DNA of 60,414 nucleotides, filler included. It is 7 parts of 7 records of this genome, joined end to end, with 100 filler letters (N's around TTAATTAATTAA, not from the genome) between each part and the next. Parts side by side here need not be neighbours in the genome. Positions count along the whole stretch, not along the records: positions 49,177 to 54,893 come from SRR31156797_13395; positions 54,994 to 60,414 come from SRR31156797_13431; 5 more parts are not named here. One strand, given 5' to 3'. The notes beneath the pieces are model-generated. The model was not told the origin of the DNA and did not search any database. It saw only the letters and a program-made list of their open reading frames with translations. The position numbers and the translations under genes are program-made. Positions 50,592 to 60,414 of the stretch are shown in pieces (positions within the stretch are counted from its first letter, which is position 1; every line of letters starts with the position of its first letter).

Positions 50592-52937
50592 ATGAAACAA
50601 TTTTTCCTGATTATTGCCTTGCTGAGTTTTGTTGTACAAACATACGCTCAAAGCGCCACAGTAAGCGGCTACATAAAAGATGCCGGCAGTGGCGAGGTTT
50701 TGATTGGAGCTACTTGTTACATTCCACAACTACAAACTGGTGTAACCTCCAATCAATACGGATTTTATTCATTAACCCTACCAAAAGGAATTCACCAAAT
50801 TGACTTTTCATTTATTGGTTACGAAACACAAACCATTCGACTGGATTTAAATAACGATGAAATTCTGAACGTTTTAATGGCAGAAGATTCCAAACAGATT
50901 GATGACATTATTGTAACCGGAATTCGCAAAGACCGGAACATCGAAAGTACCGAAATGAGCATGGAGAAAATTTCGGTGAAACTGGTAAAAAAACTGCCCT
51001 CGTTTATGGGCGAAGTAGATGTATTAAAAACGATAACACTTCTTCCGGGAATTCAGAATGGTGGCGAAGGAAGCTCCGGTTTATACGTTCGGGGTGGTGG
51101 CCCCGACGAAAACCTGATGATTTTAGATGAAGCCCCGGTTTACAACGCTTCACACATGATGGGATTTTTCTCGGTTTTTAATTCCGATGCTATAAAAGAT
51201 ATTGAAGTATATAAAGGTGGAATTCCATCGAAGTACGGAGGCAAAGCATCGTCGGTTATCGATATCAGAATGAAAGACGGAAATATTAATAAGTTTCACG
51301 GGCAGGCCGGAATTGGAAATATTTCGAGCCGGTTAACACTTGAAGGCTCAATTATTAAAGATAAATGGAGTTTTATTGTTTCGGGAAGAAGAACGTATGC
51401 CGATGTGGTTGGCCGGATGATTGGCATTGAAGAACTTAAAGAAAACCAGCTTTATTTTTACGACTTAAACCTGAAAACCAACATACAGTTTTCACACAAA
51501 GATCGTCTGTATATTTCGGCCTATTCGGGCGACGACTATTTTAAACTTGGAGAATCGATTTATATGCGCTGGGGAAACATTACCGGAACGGCGCGCTGGA
51601 ATCATATTTTTGGAAATAAACTCTTCTCAAATACATCTGTAATTTATTCCAATTACGGCTACAACCTGGGTATTCCGGGCAATTCGGCCGACCAGTTCGA
51701 CTGGAATTCGCGAATAGAAGACCTCAATTTCAAACAGGATCTGTCATGGTTTGCAAATGCAAATAACCGCATCAATTTTGGGATAAACATAATAAAGCAC
51801 AATTTTCAACCCGGAAACATCGATGCCAATGAAAATTCATTTTTTCAATCGCTGCAACTCACAAATTATAATGCAATCGACGGAGCTGTTTATCTCTCCA
51901 ACGAGCAAAAAATTGGTGCCCTTTTTACCCTGAAATATGGCATGCGGGTTTCAGCATTTCAACAAATTGGTGTTGGAAAAGTAAGGGAATATTTACATCC
52001 CGAAATTCCAAATTCAAACGAAGTAACCGGTGAAAAAACCTATGAAAAGGGAGAACGCATTGGTTCGCCATATATTCACTTCGAGCCGCGGCTTTCGTTC
52101 CGGTTAATTACCGGAGAAACAAGCTCGATAAAAGCGTCGTACAATCGCATGGTTCAAAACCTTCACCTTATTTCAAATACTACTTCTCCTACCCCACTCG
52201 ATATTTGGCTACCCACCAGCAAATACATAAAACCATTAATTGCCGACCAGGTAGCTGCCGGTTATTTCCGGAATTTTGGAAATAATGCTTTTGAGACTTC
52301 AGTTGAAGTATACTACAAAGACATGAAAAATATTCTTGATTATAAAGATGGCGCTGAACTGTTTTTAAATGAAGATTTGGAAACAGAATTGTTAAACGGA
52401 AATGGTTATGCCTATGGAATGGAATTTCTGGTAAAAAAACAGGAAGGGAAAATTACTGGCTGGGCAAGTTACACGCTGGCCAAATCGATGCGGAAAATCC
52501 CGGGAATAAATAATGGTGAAGCTTATCCTTCAACATACGATCGGACCCACGATGTTTCGCTGGTTTTAAATTACGAGTTAAACAAACAAATTTCGTTAGC
52601 TGCAAACTGGGTATTTTCTACTGGAAATCCGGTAACTTATCCAATGGCAAAATATGATGTTCAGGGAAATACCATTTTTTATTATTCGAAACGAAACAGC
52701 AACCGAATTCCCGATTATCACCGGATGGATCTTTCTATGACCTATAATCCGAAAAAGAATGAAAACAGGAAAGTAAAACGTTCGCTGAATGTATCATTTT
52801 ATAATGTTTATGCACGCCGAAACGCATATTCTATTTACTTCAGAGAAAATGAAAATAACTCTTCGGTTATAGATGCGGTGCGTCTTTCAGTAATCGGAAC
52901 GGTAATTCCGTCGGTAACTTATAATATCAATTTTTAA
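50592..52937 (+). CDS. TonB-dependent receptor with CarboxypepD_reg-like N-terminus
   Basis: Signal peptide, SGYIKD...GEVLIGA, plug motifs (LYVRGG, IEVYKGG), C-terminal PSVTYNINF. Confidence 0.93.
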   Translation: MKQFFLIIALLSFVVQTYAQSATVSGYIKDAGSGEVLIGATCYIPQLQTGVTSNQYGFYSLTLPKGIHQIDFSFIGYETQTIRLDLNNDEILNVLMAEDSKQIDDIIVTGIRKDRNIESTEMSMEKISVKLVKKLPSFMGEVDVLKTITLLPGIQNGGEGSSGLYVRGGGPDENLMILDEAPVYNASHMMGFFSVFNSDAIKDIEVYKGGIPSKYGGKASSVIDIRMKDGNINKFHGQAGIGNISSRLTLEGSIIKDKWSFIVSGRRTYADVVGRMIGIEELKENQLYFYDLNLKTNIQFSHKDRLYISAYSGDDYFKLGESIYMRWGNITGTARWNHIFGNKLFSNTSVIYSNYGYNLGIPGNSADQFDWNSRIEDLNFKQDLSWFANANNRINFGINIIKHNFQPGNIDANENSFFQSLQLTNYNAIDGAVYLSNEQKIGALFTLKYGMRVSAFQQIGVGKVREYLHPEIPNSNEVTGEKTYEKGERIGSPYIHFEPRLSFRLITGETSSIKASYNRMVQNLHLISNTTSPTPLDIWLPTSKYIKPLIADQVAAGYFRNFGNNAFETSVEVYYKDMKNILDYKDGAELFLNEDLETELLNGNGYAYGMEFLVKKQEGKITGWASYTLAKSMRKIPGINNGEAYPSTYDRTHDVSLVLNYELNKQISLAANWVFSTGNPVTYPMAKYDVQGNTIFYYSKRNSNRIPDYHRMDLSMTYNPKKNENRKVKRSLNVSFYNVYARRNAYSIYFRENENNSSVIDAVRLSVIGTVIPSVTYNINF

Positions 52938-52947
52938 ATCCGGAATC

Positions 52948-53838
52948 ATGAAAAAAATAATATTTATCTTTTTGGGAATTGCATTCATTTTTTTGAATTC
53001 ATGTGAAGATATTGTTCAAATAGATTTAAGTGAAGACGATGTTAGCATTTATGCTGTTGAAGCTACAATTACTTCCGATGAAAATCCATCTGTTTTTGTA
53101 TACAGAACTCAGTTGGTAAATTCTGCAGAACCATATCGTGGAATAAGCAATGCAGAAGTACTAATCAAGAATAATACTCAACCCGAAAAAACAATTCAGC
53201 TTGTTGAAAGCACAGAGATTTCCGGATTGTACATTCCTGATAACGGAGTTAGCTTTTTGGGAGAACCAGATAATGAATACTCTGTTTCTATTTCAACCGG
53301 AAATTCCGTAATTACAGCAACCGAATTATTGGCAAAAGTTGAACCAATCGACTCAATTCAGGTTCATTCCTCGTTGCGTGGCAACCATAGGTTTTTAGGT
53401 GTTTTTACTTACGGAAATGAAACTCCTGGACTCGGAAATTATTATAAATGGGATGTGTATATAAACAATGAACTTTTAGATGGAGCTGATTATCTGGTTG
53501 TTGCCAGCGACGAACTGGTAGAAGGGAATTATGTAAGAGGATTTGAAATATTTACCGATTTTCATGATCCGAATGAACCAGCCGATCGCCTGTTAAACCT
53601 GGGAGATACAGTACAGGTAAAACAAACATCGATTTCATCGTTTGCCTATTATTTCTACAATCAAATGTTTAACCAAAGTCAGTCGGGTGGTATGTTTAGT
53701 GTTCCGCCGGCCAATATTGAAAGTAATTTTATCGCCAACGATGGCAACGAAGTTCTTGGAATTTTTACGGCAAAAGATGTTTCATCTTCAAATCTGGTAA
53801 TTATTGATGAAAATATTGAAAGTCAGTTGAGAGATTAA
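52948..53838 (+). CDS. DUF4249-family lipoprotein
   Basis: Lipobox LNSC, PPANIESN...GIF motif, located directly after a TonB receptor. Confidence 0.8.
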   Translation: MKKIIFIFLGIAFIFLNSCEDIVQIDLSEDDVSIYAVEATITSDENPSVFVYRTQLVNSAEPYRGISNAEVLIKNNTQPEKTIQLVESTEISGLYIPDNGVSFLGEPDNEYSVSISTGNSVITATELLAKVEPIDSIQVHSSLRGNHRFLGVFTYGNETPGLGNYYKWDVYINNELLDGADYLVVASDELVEGNYVRGFEIFTDFHDPNEPADRLLNLGDTVQVKQTSISSFAYYFYNQMFNQSQSGGMFSVPPANIESNFIANDGNEVLGIFTAKDVSSSNLVIIDENIESQLRD

Positions 53839-53847
53839 GCCTAGAAG

Positions 53848-53892
53848 AAACAGGGATGTCATCTCTAAAAAAAAGATGACATCCCAGTTTTT
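53848..53892. terminator. Bidirectional terminator
   Basis: GGGATGTCATCT-loop-AGATGACATCCC between convergent genes, with flanking A/T tracts. Confidence 0.85.
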
Positions 53893-53902
53893 TATCCTTA
53901 AA

Positions 53903-54892
53903 TTAATTTATTGCCAGTTCGCCATTTAAAATTAATTCCTGTTCTTTCTCGGTTTCTACCTGAACGGTTGAATTTCCATAAATTATTTTTAAAGGATTTC
54001 CGAGTAACGAAATAATCTTTAATTCTGTTAATTTCCCTTTTTCCCAAGCTAAATTTACTTCAAAGCCACCGCGTGCCCGTAATCCTTTGATATGACCTTT
54101 TTTCCAGCCAGTTGGTAATGCCGGTAATATTTGCAAAACACCATTATGACTTTGCAGTAACATTTCAGCGATTCCAGCTGTTGCCCCGAAATTTCCATCG
54201 ATTTGAAATGGCGGATGATTATCGAAAAGATTGGGATGTGTTGATTTGGCTAATAACGCCTGAATATTTTCCTGAGCTTTTTCTCCATCTTTCAAACGTG
54301 CATAAAAGTTAATAATCCATGCCCTACTCCAACCGGTATGTCCACCGCCATTTGCCAACCGGGCTTCAATGGTTTTTTGCGATGCTTCCAGCCATTTTGT
54401 ATCATTAGGATTTGTAAATTCTTCGCCCGGGTAAAGTGAATATAAATGTGAAATGTGCCGGTGCCCGGGATTCTCTTCCGGTAATTCTTCCGACCATTCC
54501 AATACTCTTCCATCGGAGCCAATTTGCGAAGGAGTAAGTTGTGCCAGCATTGTTTTTAACGTATCGGCAAACTCAGTATCTTCGTTTAATATCTCTGATG
54601 ATGTTATACAATTTTGAAATAATTCCCTGATAATTTCATGATCCATTGCCGGCCCCATACAAACGGCCGCTGCTTCTCCACTTTCGGTAATAAATTTATT
54701 CTCGGGCGACATACTTGGCCCGGAAATCAGTAATCCGGTTTTTGGATTTTCAACCAAAAAATCGACAAAAAACAAAGCGGCATCTTTTAAAACCGGATAT
54801 GCTTTTTCCTTTAGGAACTGAGTGTCTCCGGTGTAATTGTAATGCTCCCAAAAATGGTCGGAGCACCAGGCTGCACCCATTGGCCACATTCC
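53903..54892 (-). CDS. GH95 alpha-L-fucosidase-like protein, C-terminal part
   Basis: [46 protein letters not shown]. Confidence 0.92.
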   Translation of the reverse strand, partial: GMWPMGAAWCSDHFWEHYNYTGDTQFLKEKAYPVLKDAALFFVDFLVENPKTGLLISGPSMSPENKFITESGEAAAVCMGPAMDHEIIRELFQNCITSSEILNEDTEFADTLKTMLAQLTPSQIGSDGRVLEWSEELPEENPGHRHISHLYSLYPGEEFTNPNDTKWLEASQKTIEARLANGGGHTGWSRAWIINFYARLKDGEKAQENIQALLAKSTHPNLFDNHPPFQIDGNFGATAGIAEMLLQSHNGVLQILPALPTGWKKGHIKGLRARGGFEVNLAWEKGKLTELKIISLLGNPLKIIYGNSTVQVETEKEQELILNGELAIN

Positions 54893-54994
54893 CNNNNNNN
54901 NNNNNNNNNNNNNNNNNNNNNNNNNNNNNNNNNNNNNTTAATTAATTAANNNNNNNNNNNNNNNNNNNNNNNNNNNNNNNNNNNNNNNNNNNNC

Positions 54995-57900
54995 GGCTCC
55001 CTTCTCATCGGCGCCAAGGGGTTCCTGCCCGATTTCAAAAAACCGGGCGAAGAGAACTACACCTGGTTCGAGGGTGAGAAGCACAGGGACCAGGGCAACT
55101 TCCTTGTGGGAGACAGCCTGGCGTTTTTCAACTCCCAGATCTCCATCAGCGACATCCACTCAACCCTGTTCGAGGAAAAAGAGACCCTGTTCAGGAACCT
55201 GGGCGCCCTGGAGATTTTCTCATCCGACCACAACAGCATTAACGACGAAATCGCGGTTATCGGCATGGGATGCATCCTGCCGGGGGCCGGCTCCCCGGAT
55301 CAGCTGTGGGAGTCCATCCTCGATAAAAAATACGCCATCCAGGAAATCCCCGATTCCCGCATGCGTCACGATCTTTACTTTGATCCCGACAAGTCCGCCG
55401 AGGACAAGAGCTACACCCTGAAGGCCGGGCTTGTGGACGGATACAAATTTGACGCAGAGCGCTTCGGCTACACCCCGGAAAAGGCGGCAAAACTTTCCAG
55501 GAGCCAGCAGATGCTCCTGGAAACCACCTACCAGGCAGTCGAAAACGCTGGGTACCTCGGCGAGGACAACCGGCTCCGGATGAAAGATCCCGAGCGCACC
55601 GCAGTCATCGTCGCCACTTGCCTGGGCAACGAGCTTGGCAACGATCTCCAGCTCAAGTACCACTTCCCCGAAGTGCTTGCCATGCTGAAAAAAACGGAAA
55701 GCTATGCCGCCCTCACGGACCCGGAAAAGGACAAAATCATTGCCCAGCTCCAGAAGGGGCTCGAGGGTGATAACGCCGGGTATGACCCGGTCCACGGCAT
55801 GCTCCTCAACATCGAGGCATCCAGGATCGCACGGCACCTGGGGGTAAGGGGAGCCAACTATATCGTGGACGCGGCCTGCGCCTCCTCCTTCACCGCCATT
55901 GAGGCGGCCCAGGGAGAGCTGCTGGCGGGCGAGGTGGACCAGGTGATCGTGGGAGGCGTCAACACCCACCTTGCACCGGAATCCTTTACCGGCTTCTGCA
56001 AGATGGGCGCCCTTTCCGCCAAGGGGTCCTACCCCTTTGACGAGCGGGCCGACGGCTTTGTCCTGGGCGAAGGCGCCGCCACCTTTGTCCTCAAGCGAAT
56101 GAAAGACGCCCTCCGGGACGGCGACAATGTCCTTGGCGTGATCAAGGCCATCGGATCCAGTTCGGACGGCAAGGGCAAGGCCATTGCCGCCCCCAAGATC
56201 GAAGGCCAGGCCCTGGCCCTCAAACGCTGCTTCGAAAACATGAAATCCGATGTACAGCCTACGGACATCGGATTTATCGAAGCCCACGGCACCAGCACCA
56301 TCATGGGCGACCAGGCGGAACTCAACACCCTGAAGACGGTCTACGGGGAGACAAAGGCCGGCATCAGCTCGGTCAAGTCCCAGATCGGCCATCTCCTGGG
56401 CGGCGCCGGGGCCGCAGGCCTTGCCAAGGCGATCCTGGCGGTCAAAAACGGCATCCTGCCCCCCAACGGTCAATTTGAAAAGCTCTCCCACAACCATGAC
56501 CTCTCCGGCACCCCCCTCTATATTGTTGAGGATCAGCGCCCCTGGGAGACCGAGAACGACGCCACCCGTAAGGCCGGTATCAGCGCCTACGGATTCGGCG
56601 GCATCAACTACCATATGGTGGTGGAAGAGTTCCGCCAGGATTACAAGCCCGTGGAGAGAACCATCTTCGCGGACACGGACTACGACTTCAACGACGACAG
56701 GATCGTCGTGGCCGGCCTCGGCGTCTGCATGCCCGGGGCAAAGAACACCCAGGAGTTCTGGGAACGCCTCGAAACCGGGGAGAAACAGCTTTCCTTCATC
56801 CCGGAGGAGCGTTTTTCCAACGACGCCTACGCCGCCTTTGACAAGGAGTCCATCTACCACATTCCCATGGTAAAGGCCGGTGTGATCCAGGATTTCAAGT
56901 TCAACAACGCCAAATACCGTACCCCGCCGAAAACCGTGCGCTCCCTGGAGCCCGGCCAGCTCTACGGCCTGGACGCGGCGGACGAGGCCATCGATTCTTC
57001 CGGCCTTGCCAAATACCTGGAAGAGGGCAACCGCACCGGTGTCATCCTCGGCACCATCCCGGGTGAACGGCAGAACAAGAACATCCTCCGGGTCCGCAAA
57101 CAGCTGGTGGGTGAAATCATCGAGCAGACCCAGGGCATTGAGAAAGACAAGGCCGATGCCGTTGCCGGAGAGCTTGTTGAAGCCATCCGCGCCCGGATCC
57201 CCGAGAACAACGAAGACACCACCCCGGGGCTCTTGTCCAACATCATCTCCGGCAGGATCGCCAACCACTTTGGCCTGAACGGCCTCAACTATGTGGTGGA
57301 CGCCTCCTGCGCCTCCTCGGTGATCGCCATCAGGAACGCGGCCCGGAACCTGCTGTTCAAGGATCTGGACTTTGTCCTGGCCGGCGGCGTGGACGCCAAT
57401 CTCTACCCGGCGGTGCTCATGGCCTTCAAGCGCCTGGGCCTTTTGTCGGAAAACGAGTGCAACTTCTTTGACCAGCGGGCCGACGGCTACGTCATGGGCG
57501 AAGGAGCGGCCATCCATGTTCTCACCACCTATAAAAAGGCCAGGGAAGCGGGCATGACCATCATGGCGGAGCTCAGCCCCATCGCCATCAAGTCCAGCGC
57601 CCCCGACCACCTTCTGGCGCCCTCCGAGAACACCTTTGTGAAGACCATCAACGAGTGCTACCGGAAAAACAACGTAAGAAAGAAAGATATCGACCATCTG
57701 GATCTCTTCGCCTTTTCCAACGTTCTCGGCGACATGATCGAAAAGCAGGTGGTTGAAAAATGCTTTGACCACCCGGTCTATTGCGGAAACGTCAAGCCCC
57801 AGTTCGGCTATTTCAAGGCCGCCAACCCGGCGGTCGCCCTGGCCAAGCTTGCCCTCATGAACCAGAAACGGACCGTGCTCCCGGATTTCAACTATTCCGA

Positions 57901-60412
57901 AGCGAACTCCACCATGAAGGATCACGCGATTCTCAAGCACTGCAACGGTCTCACCCCCGTGCCCACGGACAGGCCCATGAAGATCGCCACCAATGTCAAC
58001 GGCATCGGCGGCAACCACTGCCACATGATCGTAACCACCCTGCCCGCCGCCCTCACCGGTGAACGGACCTTCAACGACACGGCGGCGCCCGTTGCGGAAG
58101 CCCGGGAGAGCTTCAAGGAGCTGACCGGGGAAACCACGGTCTCCTACTCGGCGGACGGAGACGGCAAGAAGCAGCGCATGGTCGCCCTGCTTTCCGGCCA
58201 GGGTTCCCAGCGCCCGGGCATGATGAAGGCCCTTTACGACTCGGATTCCGAGATCCGGGCCATCATGGACCAGGGTGAGGAGATTTTTGTCCAGGAACGG
58301 GGCTACTCCCTCCTGGAGATCATGTTCGGCAAGGACAAGCGCCTGAACCTCACGGAAAACACCCAGCCGGCGGTCTTCCTGTCCTCCGCCGCCCTGTTCG
58401 AGCGCCTCAGCTCCTCGGGATTCAGCCCGGACCTTTTCATCGGCCACAGCGTCGGTGAATATACGGCGCTGTTCTGCTCCGGCATGCTCAACTTCGACCA
58501 GGCCATGCGCCTGATCATCAAGCGTTCCGAGCTGATGAAGATTGCGAGCAAGAAGTATCCCGGCAAAATCATGGTGGTGTTCAGGAACGAGAAAGAGACG
58601 GCCAGCCTTATCCGGGAGTCCTATCTTTCCGACATCTACATCACCAACAAGAACAGCGAGAACCAGACCGCTGTCTCAGGCGATGCCGATGCCATCGAGA
58701 ACTTCTGCAACTACCTGTCCGAGAACCATGTGGTGTACAAGAAGCTCAACCTGTCCGGCGCCTTCCACACCCCGCTGTTCAACGAGGCGGCCCAGGAGCT
58801 GAGGGACTACCTCGACACCATCACCTTCAACGAGACCCGTTTCGGCCGGGTGATCTCCAATGTCACGGCAACGCCCTACCCGGAGAACCGGCGGGCGGTG
58901 AAGGATCTTCTTGCCAAGCAGATCACAAGCCCGGTGGAGTTCATCCGCTCCATCGAGTCGGTATACGCCGCAGGCAAGACCCACTACATCGAAATCGGCC
59001 CCTCCAGGCTCCTCACCAACCTCTTGAAGAACATCAACATTGCCGAGTACAAAACGGCTGTCACCGTTGATGCCAAAAAGGGCGAGGTGGAAAGCTTTGG
59101 GGAATGCCGGGATCACCTGAAATCCTTCAACAGCATCTTCACCCGGAAACCGGCCCTGCCCGAGACCCTGGAGGCGCCCGCAACGGCGCCTGTAGTTGCA
59201 AGGAACGACCGGCCGGCCCCCATGGCCGTGGATGATGATTTTGCGGCGTTCAAGCGGAACAACCGGAATCTCACGGAGAAACTCCTCCATGACGAGTACC
59301 TGCGCCAGAAACGAAACGCCGCCATCGAGGCCGTGGAACGGTTCGACTTCACCACTGAACCCATCGTGATTTCCGGCGTGTCCGTGGGTCTTCCCGGCAA
59401 GGCAAAGCGGGTGTTTGCCGCGGACAACTTCGACCAGATCCTGGCGGGCACCAACTTTATCGAGCCCCTGGACCTGGATGACCAGAAGCGAATCACGGAC
59501 AAGAACATCACCCGGCTGTTCAAGCAGCCCGACGGCAACGCACGGTTCGTGGAGATCACCCGGACCGAGGATGTGATCCACCTTGCGGGCCAGCTGGGCT
59601 ACTTCGACCTCACAGACGAGTACGGCATCAAGGCCCAGTACGACGTGAGCATGTCCCTGGCCGTGGCCGCGGGTATCGAGGCCCTCAAGGATGCCGGCAT
59701 CCCCCTTGTGATGCAGTATAAAAAGGCATCCACCGGCAACAAGATGATCCCGGACGGGTTTGCCCTGCCCCGGGAGATGCAGGACGATACCGGCGTCATC
59801 ATCACCTCCCTGTTCCCCAACAGCGAGACCCTGATCAACGAGATGGAGAAATACCTCTACGACCGGTTTTACCTGAAACCCTACGAGGAATTCGAGAACG
59901 TCTATTACTACCTCATGGAAAAGGTCCAGGACATCACCGTCAAGGAGGAGATCACCGACTGGTTCTTCAAGATCAAGTCAAGGAAACGCAACGATCTCGG
60001 TCCCTACAAGTTTGACCGGAACTTCCTGTCCAACCACTGTCCCCTGGGGGCGGCCCACCTTGCCCAGATCATCCGGGCCAAGGGACCCAACACCCTGGTG
60101 TCCAGCGCCTGCGCATCAACCACCCAGGCCATGGGCATTGCCGAGGACTGGATCCGGGTGGGCCGGTGCAAGCGGGTCATCGTGATCGGCGGTGAGAACG
60201 CCACCTCCGCCGCCCAGAACCAGTGGGTGGGCACGGGCTTCCTTGCCCTGGGCGCCGCCACCGTGAAGAAACGGGTATCCGAGGCAGCCAAGCCCTTTGA
60301 CGCCGAGCGCAACGGCACCATCCTGGGCTCCGGCGCGGTGGGCCTCATCGTGGAGCGGGAGTCAACGGTCAAGGCCAGGGGTATGAACGGCCAGGCCGAG
60401 ATCCTGGGCACC
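54995..60412 (+). CDS. Type I iterative PKS/PUFA-synthase-like megasynthase fragment: (ER/NMO tail)-KS-KS*-AT-KS, open at both ends
   Basis: Continuous + strand frame of ~1806 codons, absent from the ORF track. KS1: DAACASS (Cys 55877), EAHGTST, KSQIGH. KS2: DASCASS (Cys 57308). AT: SGQGSQ, GHSVG (58442), SGAFH. KS3: SSACAST (Cys 60110), KPFDAERNG. Confidence 0.92.
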
Positions 60413-60414
60413 CA

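Noticed and set aside
55220-58447. 1075-aa minus-strand ORF and the other minus-strand ORFs in 54938-60411
   Set aside because: Antisense shadows of the GC3-rich PKS gene on the + strand. They have no recognisable motifs, while the + frame has complete KS and AT motifs.

Overview
The window is not one locus. It is seven unrelated contigs joined by artificial 100-nt spacers (N-run, TTAATTAATTAA, N-run). Taxonomic labels are inferred from gene content and base composition only. (1) 1-16411, Arcobacter/Campylobacterota-like: a giant RTX-repeat adhesin of more than 4400 aa split by a 1-nt frameshift, an AAA/DUF234-type ATPase, a Sua5/YciO protein and partial carB. (2) 16512-22997, Bacteroidota-like: partial rny and a wbp-type diacetamido-uronic acid sugar cluster with an embedded CitE-like lyase. 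(3) 23098-28123, low-GC anaerobe: CoA-disulfide reductase/rhodanese, metallophosphoesterase, an orphan sRNA candidate, HD protein, AEC transporter, a probably leaderless ArsR with a repeated operator, and an EFR1 flavodoxin. (4) 28224-40997, Vibrio: srkA-dsbA, yihG, yifB, ilvL attenuator-ilvGMDA (no ilvE), katG with an OxyR box, and an ERIC-like repeat. (5) 41098-49076, Bacteroidota-like type I-B cas operon (cas6-cas8b[cas11]-cas7-cas5-cas3-DUF6155-cas4). Here cas7 is bracketed by covarying hairpin repeats, and a decayed HUH/Y1 transposase lies between cas7 and cas5. (6) 49177-54893, Bacteroidota-like: tricorn S41 protease, TonB receptor, DUF4249 and GH95. (7) 54994-60414, GC-rich Desulfobacterota-like: an ~1800-codon + strand PKS fragment missed by the ORF track, with unusual (ER tail)-KS-KS*-AT-KS architecture. 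Best leads: the hairpin-repeat/TnpA structure inside the cas operon, the triple-KS PKS, and the orphan sRNA.
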